DNA of 40,503 bases from Candidatus Geohabitans tengchongensis (lineage in GTDB: Bacteria; Sysuimicrobiota; Sysuimicrobiia; Sysuimicrobiales; Humicultoraceae): positions 1 through 40,503 of the forward strand of contig JAVKIH010000021.1 of NCBI GenBank assembly GCA_031459625.1, given 5' to 3'. The position numbers were made by a program, and so were the translations under genes. Below are positions 18,451 to 27,159 of this stretch, one piece after another; position 1 is the first letter of the stretch, and each line of letters starts with the position of its first letter. The notes beneath the pieces are model-generated. The model saw nothing but the letters and a program-made list of their open reading frames with translations. It was not told the origin of the DNA and made no database searches.

Positions 18451-19368
18451 ATGAGTACGGCAGCGTCATCGCTGGCTGACTATTATTCGCAAGCCTTCTC
18501 GCGCAACATCGGACTCGTCACCCCGGCGGAACAGGAGCGGTTGCGGCACGTCTGCGTCGCCATCCCGGGGATGGGAGGAATGGGCGGGGTGGCCGCGGCC
18601 ACGCTCGCCCGTACGGGCATCGGCCGCTTCCGCATCGCTGACGCCGACGTGTTCGAGGTCGTGAACATGAACCGGCAGTACGGCGCAACTGTTCACACGT
18701 TGAGGCAGAACAAAGCGGAGGTCATGGCGGAGATCATCCGCACCATCAACCCTGAGGCGGACGTGACGGTGTTCACGGAGCCCATCGGCAAGCACAACGT
18801 GGACGAGTTCCTCGCCGGGGCCGACGTGGTGCAGGACGCCCTGGACTACTTCGCCCTCGAAGCCCGCCGGCTGATCTGTTCCCGGGCGCGCGACAGAGGA
18901 CTGTACGTGGTCTCCGCGGGCCCGCTCGGGTTCAGCGGCGTCCTGCTCGTATTCTCGCCCACCGGGATGAGCTTCGAGGAGTACTATGATCTCCGAGACG
19001 GGTTGAGTCTGGAAGAGCAGCTGATCGCCTTCGCGGTCGGGACAGCACCCGCCGGGATCCATCTGAGGTACATGGACCCCAAGAGCGTAGACTTCCAGAG
19101 AGGATACGGCCCGTCGCTCGGCGTGGCCTGCCAGATTGCGAGCGGCATGGCGGCGGCGGAGATCGTGAAGATCCTGCTGGGGCGCGGGCCCGTCAGACCC
19201 GTACCCTACTTCTCGCAGTTCGACGCCTACACCATGCAGTACCAACGCGGGCGGCTGTGGTGGGGCAACCGCCACCCCCTCCAGCGGCTCAAGCGCTGGT
19301 ACGTCAAGCGGTTCCTGCTGAAGGGGGCCAGGCTCCGCAGCCGGCCTGCGCCGCAGGGAGGCTCGTAG
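18451..19368 (+). CDS. ThiF/MoeB/E1-like adenylyltransferase (stand-alone)
   Basis: RBS GGAGG. Motifs FSRNIG, EQERL, VAIPGMGGMGG, ADADVFE..NMNRQ, NKAEV, DALD, C-terminal WGNRHPLQR. No MoeB-type Zn CxxC pairs. Confidence 0.88.
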   Translation: MSTAASSLADYYSQAFSRNIGLVTPAEQERLRHVCVAIPGMGGMGGVAAATLARTGIGRFRIADADVFEVVNMNRQYGATVHTLRQNKAEVMAEIIRTINPEADVTVFTEPIGKHNVDEFLAGADVVQDALDYFALEARRLICSRARDRGLYVVSAGPLGFSGVLLVFSPTGMSFEEYYDLRDGLSLEEQLIAFAVGTAPAGIHLRYMDPKSVDFQRGYGPSLGVACQIASGMAAAEIVKILLGRGPVRPVPYFSQFDAYTMQYQRGRLWWGNRHPLQRLKRWYVKRFLLKGARLRSRPAPQGGS

Positions 19369-19411
19369 TTCGGCTTCAACGCGTTCAGGCGGGGCATGGC
19401 AGATGGCGCCT

Positions 19412-19899
19412 TCACTTCGCCTCCACGAAGACGGGATCCACTCCTACGGGCAGGGCGGCTGGGCTGGCGGCCAGGTAGCTGTCCATATCGCCGGGCAAGG
19501 TAAAGCCCCCGCGCCTCTCAGGCAGGTCGGGGTCGCCCCTACCGCCGGCGCCAACCGCCTCCGACCTGGCGTTGGGCATGAGATGGACGTAGACGTCCAG
19601 CCCGCCCGTCCGCTCCTTGACCAGGTTGACCAGTTGGCTCGCCTGATGCCCGTTGAACCGGCCGCCGGGGGCCGGGTACAGCCAGAGGGTGGTCACCCTG
19701 GCCCGAGCGAGCGGATGAGCGCGGCGTCCGGCGTCGCATTCCGTGCGAAGACGACGTGCACGCCAAAGATGGGCGACACGGCCGCAGGCGCGATCGTGGG
19801 CGGAATGCCGGTCGGCGCAGCGGAAGAGGACACCACCGATGCAGCCGGAGTAGATACCAGCACAACGAAGGGGAGCAGGCGGAGCGGAAAGCGTTTCAC
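19412..19899 (-). pseudogene. Frameshifted, truncated secreted protein, probably related to the adjacent GH-A-like hydrolase
   Basis: ORF 19693-19899 (signal peptide, SPIFGVH) continues in another frame at 19696 (..LPGDMDSY). These motifs echo NPFGLM and PPGDLAAY of 19960-20964. Confidence 0.45.
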
Positions 19900-19959
19900 G
19901 GGACCCTCGCTGACGATGTGCCCTGCGCCAGGGGATGGCGGGCTGACAGGCAGCCGTGG

Positions 19960-20964
19960 CTATTTGAAATGCTCGTCAATGAAGCGCTTGAATGCTTCGC
20001 CGGTGGGTCGCAGTGTGCCGTCAGCATTGACCAATCCCCGTGCTTTCGGCCCATCCAGGCCGAACCACACCGCGATGGGCACCCCCAGCTCCACGATCTT
20101 GCCCATGACGGCTGTCGTCTGGTTGGGGTCGTCGGTGAGCTGGCCGACTTCGTTGGTGATGACGGGCAGACCCGTCTGCGCCCTCAGATAAGCCACAGCT
20201 TCCTCCAGCGCGCGAGTATCGGCGATGTACCAGTGGAAGTTCACCTGGTCCACCCCGGCAGCGCGGTAGGCCGAGAGGAGCGCTTTGCCCCTGCGGAGTT
20301 GCTCCTGAGCCTGGGGCGAGTGCCACTGCCGTTGCACATCCGCCGTCAAGGCCCTGGCGGCGAAGTCTCGGGCCATGGCTGATCGCCCGCTGGCCTGGTA
20401 GTGGTCATAGACCAGGAGGGCCACCAGCGTGCTGACCAGCCCGCCGTTGGTGCAGAGGATCCCCTGTCGGTGCGCCACCTGGCAGGCGGCTCGCAGTTGA
20501 GCGCTGTAGTCTTCGGGCGTTCCCGTGTAAAACAGGGCCGAGTTCTCCTCGTTCTCCACCGCCAGGGCCACCGGGCGATACCTGTCGAGGACCTGGGAGA
20601 GTCTGCGTTGATAAGCGGCCAAGTCGCCGGGCGGGGCGGTGGGCAGCGGGCCGCTGTTTCGCACAGTGAGCACCAGTTTCAACCCAGTTCTCAGGGCGAT
20701 GTCGCACTCCTGGCAGGTCCCGTGCCATCGGTTCAGGAAGACTGAGGAGGGCCGGAAATAGACGGCCCCCAGGGCTTGGGCGATCCGCATCCCCTGAGGC
20801 GAGCGGACCAGCTGAGACGGCAGCATCAGCCCGAAGGGGTTCCGGCCTGTGGGCAGGGGCGCAGTGATCTGCGCCGACGTGGCGGCAGCCCGTGCCAGCG
20901 AAACGCCTCCGGCGGCCACCACGACGCCCACGACAACCATGAACGGCATGGCGATCCTTCCCAT
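19960..20964 (-). CDS. Secreted clan GH-A-like (GH39/GH5-type TIM barrel) glycoside hydrolase
   Basis: Signal peptide. Acid/base-like AVENEEN, NFHWY, nucleophile-like PVITNEVG, C-terminal GLV..DG.L.P. RBS GAGGAG. Confidence 0.7.
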   Translation of the reverse strand: MGRIAMPFMVVVGVVVAAGGVSLARAAATSAQITAPLPTGRNPFGLMLPSQLVRSPQGMRIAQALGAVYFRPSSVFLNRWHGTCQECDIALRTGLKLVLTVRNSGPLPTAPPGDLAAYQRRLSQVLDRYRPVALAVENEENSALFYTGTPEDYSAQLRAACQVAHRQGILCTNGGLVSTLVALLVYDHYQASGRSAMARDFAARALTADVQRQWHSPQAQEQLRRGKALLSAYRAAGVDQVNFHWYIADTRALEEAVAYLRAQTGLPVITNEVGQLTDDPNQTTAVMGKIVELGVPIAVWFGLDGPKARGLVNADGTLRPTGEAFKRFIDEHFK

Positions 20965-21278
20965 CAGCCTGCTCCTCTTGCGGCCCCGCGAACAGGTCGT
21001 GTGAAAATGGCGGCCGCCCCTCCCCTGGGGCCGATGGGCAGAGGGCGCTCTATCTGTCCCATCAAACCGTGCGGGTCAGCAGCAGGTTTATCGGACAGTT
21101 CCGGGGCAGGGGGGAACGGCCGCACGCGCTCGCCGCCTCGCCCACCACGCGCCGGGGGGAGGCTCGCCGAGCTCCGGGAGGACCGGGTGTCGCCGACACG
21201 GCTCGCCAGTGATCGACCCAGGCCTCGCCGGGCGCCCGTGGCGGCCCGGCCCGCGCGGACGGCCAACGCGGCGTGATC

Positions 21279-21307
21279 TTGACCGTTGGGAAGGCGGGGC
21301 GGATACT
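21279..21307 (+). promoter_or_regulatory. Sigma70-type promoter of the T-box/ilvE/leuS operon
   Basis: TTGACC-N17-GATACT immediately upstream of T-box stem I. Confidence 0.7.
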
Positions 21308-21320
21308 AGAGGCTGAACGC

Positions 21321-21557
21321 AAGGCGAGGACCGGGAGCAGTAGGTTCACGGCCGCGTCAGAGAGCCGGACGGCAGGTTGCGAGTCCGGTCGCGCCGGGGC
21401 CGAACTCGCCCGGGAGCCGCACAGGCGAGGCGACGCCGAGCCTGTGCCGTCCACCCGACGTGACCGGGGTTGAGCGGGTGGTGCCCTCGGGCGCCGCCAA
21501 GCAGGGTGGTACCGCGGAGGCCGCCTTCGTCCCTGACGGAGGCGGCTGTGCTGTTTT
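21321..21557 (+). ncRNA. T-box riboswitch, leucine specifier (CUC)
   Basis: Stem I with AGTAG and AGAGAG elements, specifier loop GAA-CTC (CUC at 21405-21407), T-box AAGCAGGGTGGTACCGCG (21499-21516), terminator stem GCCGCCTTCGTC/GACGGAGGCGGC. Lies upstream of ilvE-leuS. Confidence 0.92.
21520..21557 (+). terminator. T-box terminator hairpin
   Basis: 12-bp stem with one G-U pair and a 3-nt loop, followed by TGTGCTGTTTT. Confidence 0.75.
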
Positions 21558-21602
21558 CAGAGGCGATGCCGGGTGCGGCGGCCCGGCCGGGAGGGAAGAG
21601 GG

Positions 21603-22544
21603 GTGCAGACGGCAGAGGTGATCTGGTTCAACGGACGCATCGTCCCCTGGGAGGAGGCGCGGGTGCACGTGCTGGCCCACGCGCTCCACTACGGCAGCAG
21701 CGTCTTCGAGGGGATCCGGGCCTACGCCACGCCGGAGGGGCCGGCGGTCTTCTGCCTGGACGCGCACCTGCAGCGCCTGATCGACTCCTGCCGGATCGCC
21801 CGCATGGAGCTGCCCTACACCCGGGCGGAGCTGGCCGAGGCCATCGCCACCCTCATCCGCCGGAACGGGCACCAGAGCTGCTACATCCGGCCCGTGGTCT
21901 TCCGCGGCGTGGGGTCGCTCAGCCTGGACGCGCGCAAGGCGTCCCTGGAGGTGGCCATCGCCACCTTCGAGTGGGGTCGCTACCTGGGGGAGGAGGCGCT
22001 CGAGCAGGGGGTGGACGTGATGGTCTCCTCCTGGCGGCGGGTCGCCACCGACACCGTGGCGACGATGGCGAAGATGGGCGGGAACTACGTGAACTCCTCC
22101 TTCGTGGCCATGGAGGCGGCGGACCACGGCTTCGCCGAGGGGATCGCCCTGGACGTGCATGGCTACGTCAGCGAGGGGAGCGGGGAGAACATCTTCGTCG
22201 TGCGCCAGGGCGTCGTGCACACCCCGCCGCTCAGCAGCGGGATCCTGCCGGGCGTCACCCGCCAGGTGGTGATGACCCTGTGCGCCGACCTGGGCATCCC
22301 GGTGCGGGAGAGCCTCATCCCGCGGGAGATGCTCTACGTCGCCGACGAGGTCTTCTTCACGGGGACGGCGGCGGAGATCACCCCGGTGCGCTCGGTGGAC
22401 CGGGTCCCCGTCGGCACGGGCCGCCGCGGGCCGATCACCGAGCGGCTGATGGCGGAGTTCTTCGGGATCGCCGAGGGCCACCTGCCCGACCGCCACGGGT
22501 GGCGGACGCCCGTGGCGGCCGCCCACCGGGCCGCCGCCACGTGA
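21603..22544 (+). CDS. ilvE: Branched-chain amino acid aminotransferase
   Basis: Motifs IWFNG, HALHYGSSVFEGIRAY, YIRP, AKMGGNY, EGSGEN, ILPGVTR, FFTGTAAEITPV. Confidence 0.95.
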   Translation: MQTAEVIWFNGRIVPWEEARVHVLAHALHYGSSVFEGIRAYATPEGPAVFCLDAHLQRLIDSCRIARMELPYTRAELAEAIATLIRRNGHQSCYIRPVVFRGVGSLSLDARKASLEVAIATFEWGRYLGEEALEQGVDVMVSSWRRVATDTVATMAKMGGNYVNSSFVAMEAADHGFAEGIALDVHGYVSEGSGENIFVVRQGVVHTPPLSSGILPGVTRQVVMTLCADLGIPVRESLIPREMLYVADEVFFTGTAAEITPVRSVDRVPVGTGRRGPITERLMAEFFGIAEGHLPDRHGWRTPVAAAHRAAAT

Positions 22545-22588
22545 GCCGCGGGCGCGAGACCGGTATGCAGAGGGCGAGGATGCCAACC

Positions 22589-25111
22589 ATGACGGACCGC
22601 TACGATCCGCGGGCCATCGAGATGCGCTGGCAGGCCAGGTGGGAGCAGGACCGCCTCTACCACGCTCCCGACTTCGACCCGCGCCCCAAGTGGTACTTCC
22701 TGACCATGTACCCCTACCCGTCGGGCGACCTGCACATCGGGCACTGGTACGCCATGGCCCCGTCCGACGCGGCCGCCCGCTTCAAGCGCATGCAGGGGTA
22801 CAACGTGATGTTCCCCATCGGCTTCGACGCCTTCGGGCTGCCGGCGGAGAACGCCGCCATCCAGCACAACATCCACCCCTACACCTGGACCATGGCCAAC
22901 ATCGAGCGCATGCGCCGCCAGCTGCGCTCCATGGGGGCGATGTGGGACTGGGAGCGGGAGATCGTCACCTGCGACCCGTCCTACTACAAGTGGAACCAGT
23001 GGTTCTTCCTGCGCATGTACGAGCGCGGGCTGGCCTACCGGAAGCTGGCCCCGGTGGACTGGTGCCCCCGCGACCACACCGTGCTGGCGCGCGAGCAGGT
23101 GGTGGGCGAGGAGCGGGTGTGCGAACGGTGCGGCACGCCGGTGGTGAAGAAGAACCTGGAGCAGTGGTTCCTGCGCATCACCGCCTACGCCGAGGAGCTA
23201 CTGGACTTCAGCGGCCTGGAGTGGCCCGAGCGGGTGCGCACGCTGCAGGAGCACTGGATCGGGCGCAGCCGGGGGGTGGAGTTCCGGATCCCGGTCCAGG
23301 GGCACCCGGGGGTGAGCTTCGAGGTCTTCACGACGCGGCCGGATACGGTGTACGGGATGACCTTTGCGGTGCTCGCGCCCGAGCACCCCCTGGTGGACCG
23401 GATCGCCACCCCGGACCGCCGAGCCGAGGTGGAGGCCTACAAGTTCAAGGCGGCGCGGGCCAGCGACATCGAGCGCCTCTCCACCGAGAAAGCGCGCGAC
23501 GGCGTCTTCACCGGCGCCTACGCCGTCAACCCGATGAACGGCGCTCCGGTGCCCATCTACATCGCCGACTACGTCCTGCTCTCCTACGGGACCGGCGCCA
23601 TCATGGGGGTGCCGGCCCACGACGAGCGGGACTTCGACTTCGCCCGGCGCTACGGGCTGCCTATTCCCGTCGTCATCGCCCCGCCCGGGTGGGACGGCCA
23701 GCCCCTCCCGCAGGCCCATCTGGGCGAGGGAACGATGGTCAACTCCGGCCCCTTCGACGGCCTGCCGAGCCCCGAGGGATGGGAGCGCATCGCGGACTAC
23801 ATGGAGCGGGAGGGGATCGGGCGGCGCGCCGTGCACTACCGCCTGCACGACTGGCTGATCAGCCGGCAGCGCTACTGGGGGACCCCCATCCCCATCGTCT
23901 ACTGCCCGGCCTGCGGCACCGTCCCGGTGCCCGACGAGGACCTGCCGGTGGTGCTGCCCCACGACGCCGAATTCCTGCCCACCGGCGAGTCCCCCCTCCG
24001 CTACCATGAGGCCTTCCGCCGCACGCGCTGCCCGCGCTGCGGGGGCGAGGCGGAGCGGGAGACCGACACCATGGACACCTTCGTCGACTCCTCCTGGTAC
24101 CAGTACCGCTACGTCAGCCCCGACTACCAGGCGGGCCCCTTCGACCCGGAGCGCGGCCGCTACTGGCTGCCGGTGGACCAGTACACCGGCGGGATCGAAC
24201 ACGCCGTCATGCACCTGCTCTACACGCGCTTCTGGACCAAGGTCATGGCCGACCTGGGGCTGGTGCCCTTCCGCGAGCCGATGCGCCGCCTCTTTAACCA
24301 GGGGGTGATCCTGGGGGAGGACGGGGAGAAGATGAGCAAGTCGCGGGGCAATGTCGTCAACCCCGACGAGTTCGTGGCTACGCTGGGCGCCGACACGGTG
24401 CGGGCCTACCTGATGTTCATCGGGCCGTGGGAGAACGGCGGCCCCTGGAGCAGCCGGGGCATCGAGGGGGTGCACCGCTTCCTGCACCGCGTCTGGGGCC
24501 TGGTGGTGGAGCCCGCCGCGCCCGGACCGGACGCACCGGCGGGCCCCGGCGAGCGGGAGGTGCGCCACCGGACGCACGCCACCATCAAGCGGGTCACGGA
24601 GGACCTGGAGCAGTTCCGCTTCAACACGGCCATCGCCGCGCTCATGGAGTTCGTGAACTTCCTGCAGGACGTGCGCGGCACGCGGGCGGCCGCCGGGGCG
24701 GCCTGGACGGAGGCGCTGCGGTCGCTGGTCCTGATGCTGGCCCCGCTCACCCCGCACATCGCCGAGGAGCTGTGGGAGCGCCTGGGCCAGCCCTACTCCG
24801 TGCACCAGCAGGTCTGGCCGGCCTACGACCCCGAGCTGGCGCGGGCGGAGACGGTCACGCTGGTGGTGCAGGTCGACGGCCGGGTGCGGGACCGCCTCCG
24901 GGTGCCGGCCGACCTGCCGGCGGAGGAGGCGCGCCGGCTGGCCCTGGCCAGCCCCCGCGTCCGCAAGTTCGTGGACGGGCACGAGGTGGCCGACGTGATC
25001 GTCGTGCCGGGCCGCCTGGTGAACATCGTCCTCGACCGGTCCCGGGGGGAGGACCGTCCTGCGGGCGCAGTCGCCACCCGAAAGGCTTCCCCATCTGAAG
25101 GGGGTGGGTGA
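22589..25111 (+). CDS. leuS: Leucine--tRNA ligase (start may be 22565 or 22580)
   Basis: Motifs [25 protein letters not shown], editing domain FTTRPDT / GTGAIMGVPAHDERD, ISRQRYWG, KMSKS. Leu T-box upstream. Confidence 0.97.
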   Translation: MTDRYDPRAIEMRWQARWEQDRLYHAPDFDPRPKWYFLTMYPYPSGDLHIGHWYAMAPSDAAARFKRMQGYNVMFPIGFDAFGLPAENAAIQHNIHPYTWTMANIERMRRQLRSMGAMWDWEREIVTCDPSYYKWNQWFFLRMYERGLAYRKLAPVDWCPRDHTVLAREQVVGEERVCERCGTPVVKKNLEQWFLRITAYAEELLDFSGLEWPERVRTLQEHWIGRSRGVEFRIPVQGHPGVSFEVFTTRPDTVYGMTFAVLAPEHPLVDRIATPDRRAEVEAYKFKAARASDIERLSTEKARDGVFTGAYAVNPMNGAPVPIYIADYVLLSYGTGAIMGVPAHDERDFDFARRYGLPIPVVIAPPGWDGQPLPQAHLGEGTMVNSGPFDGLPSPEGWERIADYMEREGIGRRAVHYRLHDWLISRQRYWGTPIPIVYCPACGTVPVPDEDLPVVLPHDAEFLPTGESPLRYHEAFRRTRCPRCGGEAERETDTMDTFVDSSWYQYRYVSPDYQAGPFDPERGRYWLPVDQYTGGIEHAVMHLLYTRFWTKVMADLGLVPFREPMRRLFNQGVILGEDGEKMSKSRGNVVNPDEFVATLGADTVRAYLMFIGPWENGGPWSSRGIEGVHRFLHRVWGLVVEPAAPGPDAPAGPGEREVRHRTHATIKRVTEDLEQFRFNTAIAALMEFVNFLQDVRGTRAAAGAAWTEALRSLVLMLAPLTPHIAEELWERLGQPYSVHQQVWPAYDPELARAETVTLVVQVDGRVRDRLRVPADLPAEEARRLALASPRVRKFVDGHEVADVIVVPGRLVNIVLDRSRGEDRPAGAVATRKASPSEGGG

Positions 25112-25660
25112 GGTGGGGCTCGCCGCGTCCTAGCCGTCCCGACCGCCCAGCGCATCCCGCCCTACGACGCCCACACCATCGAGGCCCGCTGGCGAGCCCG
25201 GTGGGAGGCCGAAGGGCTCGATCGGGCCTCGGAGGGCGATCCCGGCCCCAAGCGCTACATCCTGACGATGTTCCCCTATCCCTCAGGGGAGCTGCTGCAC
25301 GTGGGCCGCTGGTTCGCCTACGTCCCGGCGGACGCACGGGCGCGCTACGAGCGCATGCGCGGTGCCAGGGTCCTCTTCCCCGTCGGCTTCGACGCCGTCG
25401 GGCTGCCGGCGGAGAACGCCGCGATCCGCCACGGCCTCCACCCCTCCACCTGGACGATGCGGAACATCGAGGCCATGCGCCGGCAGTTCCGCACCATGGG
25501 GGCGATGTGGGACTGGTCGCGCGAGGGGGTGACCTGCGAGCCGCGCTACTACCGCTGGACGCAGTGGTTCTTCCTGCAGATGTTCGCGCGGGGTCTGGCG
25601 TACCGGGCGCCGGGGCCCGTGGACTGGTGCCCGCGCTGCCGCACCTCGCTGGCCCGGGAA
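25112..25660 (+). pseudogene. Diverged, truncated LeuRS N-terminal paralog, in frame with leuS
   Basis: Homology runs from [10 protein letters not shown] (25163) to [12 protein letters not shown] (25660). HIGH reads HVGR. First in-frame ATG is only at 25268. The frame stays open to 26071 with unrelated sequence. Confidence 0.8.
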
Positions 25661-25791
25661 CATGGCGGGACGGCGGGTGCGGCGCCTGATCCACCCTCGC
25701 CCCGGCTTGGTGAACATCGTGACCGGGGGGTAAAGCGCCGGCCCCGCGCCGATCAAGGAGATGGGAGATCGGGGGAGGCGGGGCGAATCCC

Positions 25792-26391
25792 TTGGAAAGC
25801 GATGCGCAGCCACGCGCCACGCGGGCCGGCCAGGCGGCGCTCCTCCTCGTGGGTGCGGCCGGCCTCCTCCTGGTGGGGCGGGCGATGGTGGCCAGGCCCG
25901 CAGGTGAGCCGGTCGTGCTGGGCACCCCCGCGCCGGCGCCGCACGTGCTGGTGCACGTGGCCGGGGAGGTGGTCCTGCCCGGCGTGTACCGCCTGCCGCC
26001 GGGGGCGCGCTGGAGCGATGCGATCCGGGCGGCCCGCGGTCCCACGTTCCGCGCCGACCTCGACGCCGTGAACCTGGCGCAGCCAGTGCGCGACGGAGAG
26101 CGGGTCTACGTCCCGTCGCGCCCCGACCCGGCGCCGCCTGCGGCAGAAGCCGGGGCGGCGAGGCGTGGGGGGCCCCAAGATCCCGCGGGGGGCGGGACCC
26201 CGGTCTCCCTGAACCAGGCCACGGCCGCCCAGCTCGAGGCCCTTCCCGGGATCGGCCCGGTCCTGGCGGCGCGCATCATCGAACACCGCCGCACGCGCGG
26301 CCCGTTCCAAACCCTGGAAGACCTCCTGGAGGTCCCCGGGGTGGGTCCGCGCCTCCTGGCGCGCCTGCGTCCGCACCTGCGCGTGCCGTGA
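25792..26391 (+). CDS. comEA: ComEA-family DNA-binding protein (TM, SLBB, helix-hairpin-helix)
   Basis: Motifs [50 protein letters not shown]. Confidence 0.9.
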   Translation: MESDAQPRATRAGQAALLLVGAAGLLLVGRAMVARPAGEPVVLGTPAPAPHVLVHVAGEVVLPGVYRLPPGARWSDAIRAARGPTFRADLDAVNLAQPVRDGERVYVPSRPDPAPPAAEAGAARRGGPQDPAGGGTPVSLNQATAAQLEALPGIGPVLAARIIEHRRTRGPFQTLEDLLEVPGVGPRLLARLRPHLRVP

Positions 26392-26409
26392 AACCTCGAC
26401 GAGTGGCCG

Positions 26410-27159
26410 TTGCGTATACCAAAGACGAACGACGACCGCGGGCGCCCTGACGCCCCTGGGGGGAGGAGCGGGCCCTATACGCCTGAGGAGCTGGCGGCGT
26501 ACGAGGCGTTGGTCGAGCGGTACGGCCGCCTCGTCTACAACATCGCCTACCGCATGACCGGCAGCGAGGCGGACGCGAAGGACCTGGCCCAGGAGGCCTT
26601 CATCCGGGTCTTCCGGGCCTTCCGGCGCATCGACCCGGAACAGCCGCTGGAGGGCTGGCTCTACCGCATCGTCAGCAACCTCCACATCGACCTCCTGCGC
26701 AAGCGGCCGCGGGTGCGCGTCGAGTCGCTGGACGCCCCGGCGCTCACCCCGCAGGGGGAGGAGGTCGCCCGCGAGCTCCCCGACCCCTGGGGGGACGTCC
26801 CGGACGCGGTGATCGACCGGACGCTGGACGCGCGCATCCAGGCGGCGCTGCTGGCGCTGCCGGTCGAGCTACGCATGGTGGTCATCCTGAGCGACATCGA
26901 GGGGCACGCCTACGAGGAGATCGCCACGATGCTGCGGTTGCCGCTCGGGACGGTGAAGTCGCGGCTGCACCGCGCGCGGAAGATCCTCCAGGCGCGCCTC
27001 CGTCCGGTGATGGAGGAGCGGCGGCGGGGTGTGGCGCCGCCAGGGCGTCCCGACCCCGCGGAGCCAGGAGGCCGCGCGCCGGGCACCGGGGGCGTCCAGA
27101 ACGACCGCGGGCGGACGGACGACCGCGGGCGGACGGAGGAGGGGTCGAGGAGGGAATGA
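26410..27159 (+). CDS. ECF RNA polymerase sigma factor (SigE/SigW-like); start uncertain
   Basis: Region 2 DLAQEAFIR..WLYRI..N and region 4 YEEIA..L..PLGTVKSRLHRAR. Confidence 0.92.
   Translation: MRIPKTNDDRGRPDAPGGRSGPYTPEELAAYEALVERYGRLVYNIAYRMTGSEADAKDLAQEAFIRVFRAFRRIDPEQPLEGWLYRIVSNLHIDLLRKRPRVRVESLDAPALTPQGEEVARELPDPWGDVPDAVIDRTLDARIQAALLALPVELRMVVILSDIEGHAYEEIATMLRLPLGTVKSRLHRARKILQARLRPVMEERRRGVAPPGRPDPAEPGGRAPGTGGVQNDRGRTDDRGRTEEGSRRE
27101..27136 (+). repeat. Perfect 18-bp tandem repeat ACGACCGCGGGCGGACGG x2 in the sigma factor tail
   Basis: Copies at 27101-27118 and 27119-27136. A partial third copy (ACGACCGCGGGCG) is at 26432-26444. Confidence 0.85.

Larger units (their letters stand above)
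18021..21110. other. Putative small horizontally acquired, decaying islet downstream of tRNA-Ala
   Basis: More A/T-ending codons than the flanks (by eye), gene fragments, and tRNA 3' location. No integrase or att duplication seen. Confidence 0.5.

Noticed and set aside
21470..22564. Apparent 1213-aa LeuRS with a long N-terminal extension
   Set aside because: The extension overlaps the T-box and ilvE in another frame and is Arg/Gly/Pro-rich noise. LeuRS homology starts at ~22589.
25109..25160. Selenocysteine recoding of the leuS UGA
   Set aside because: No convincing bacterial SECIS hairpin at the expected spacing, and the position is not a catalytic Cys equivalent. Generic readthrough remains untested.
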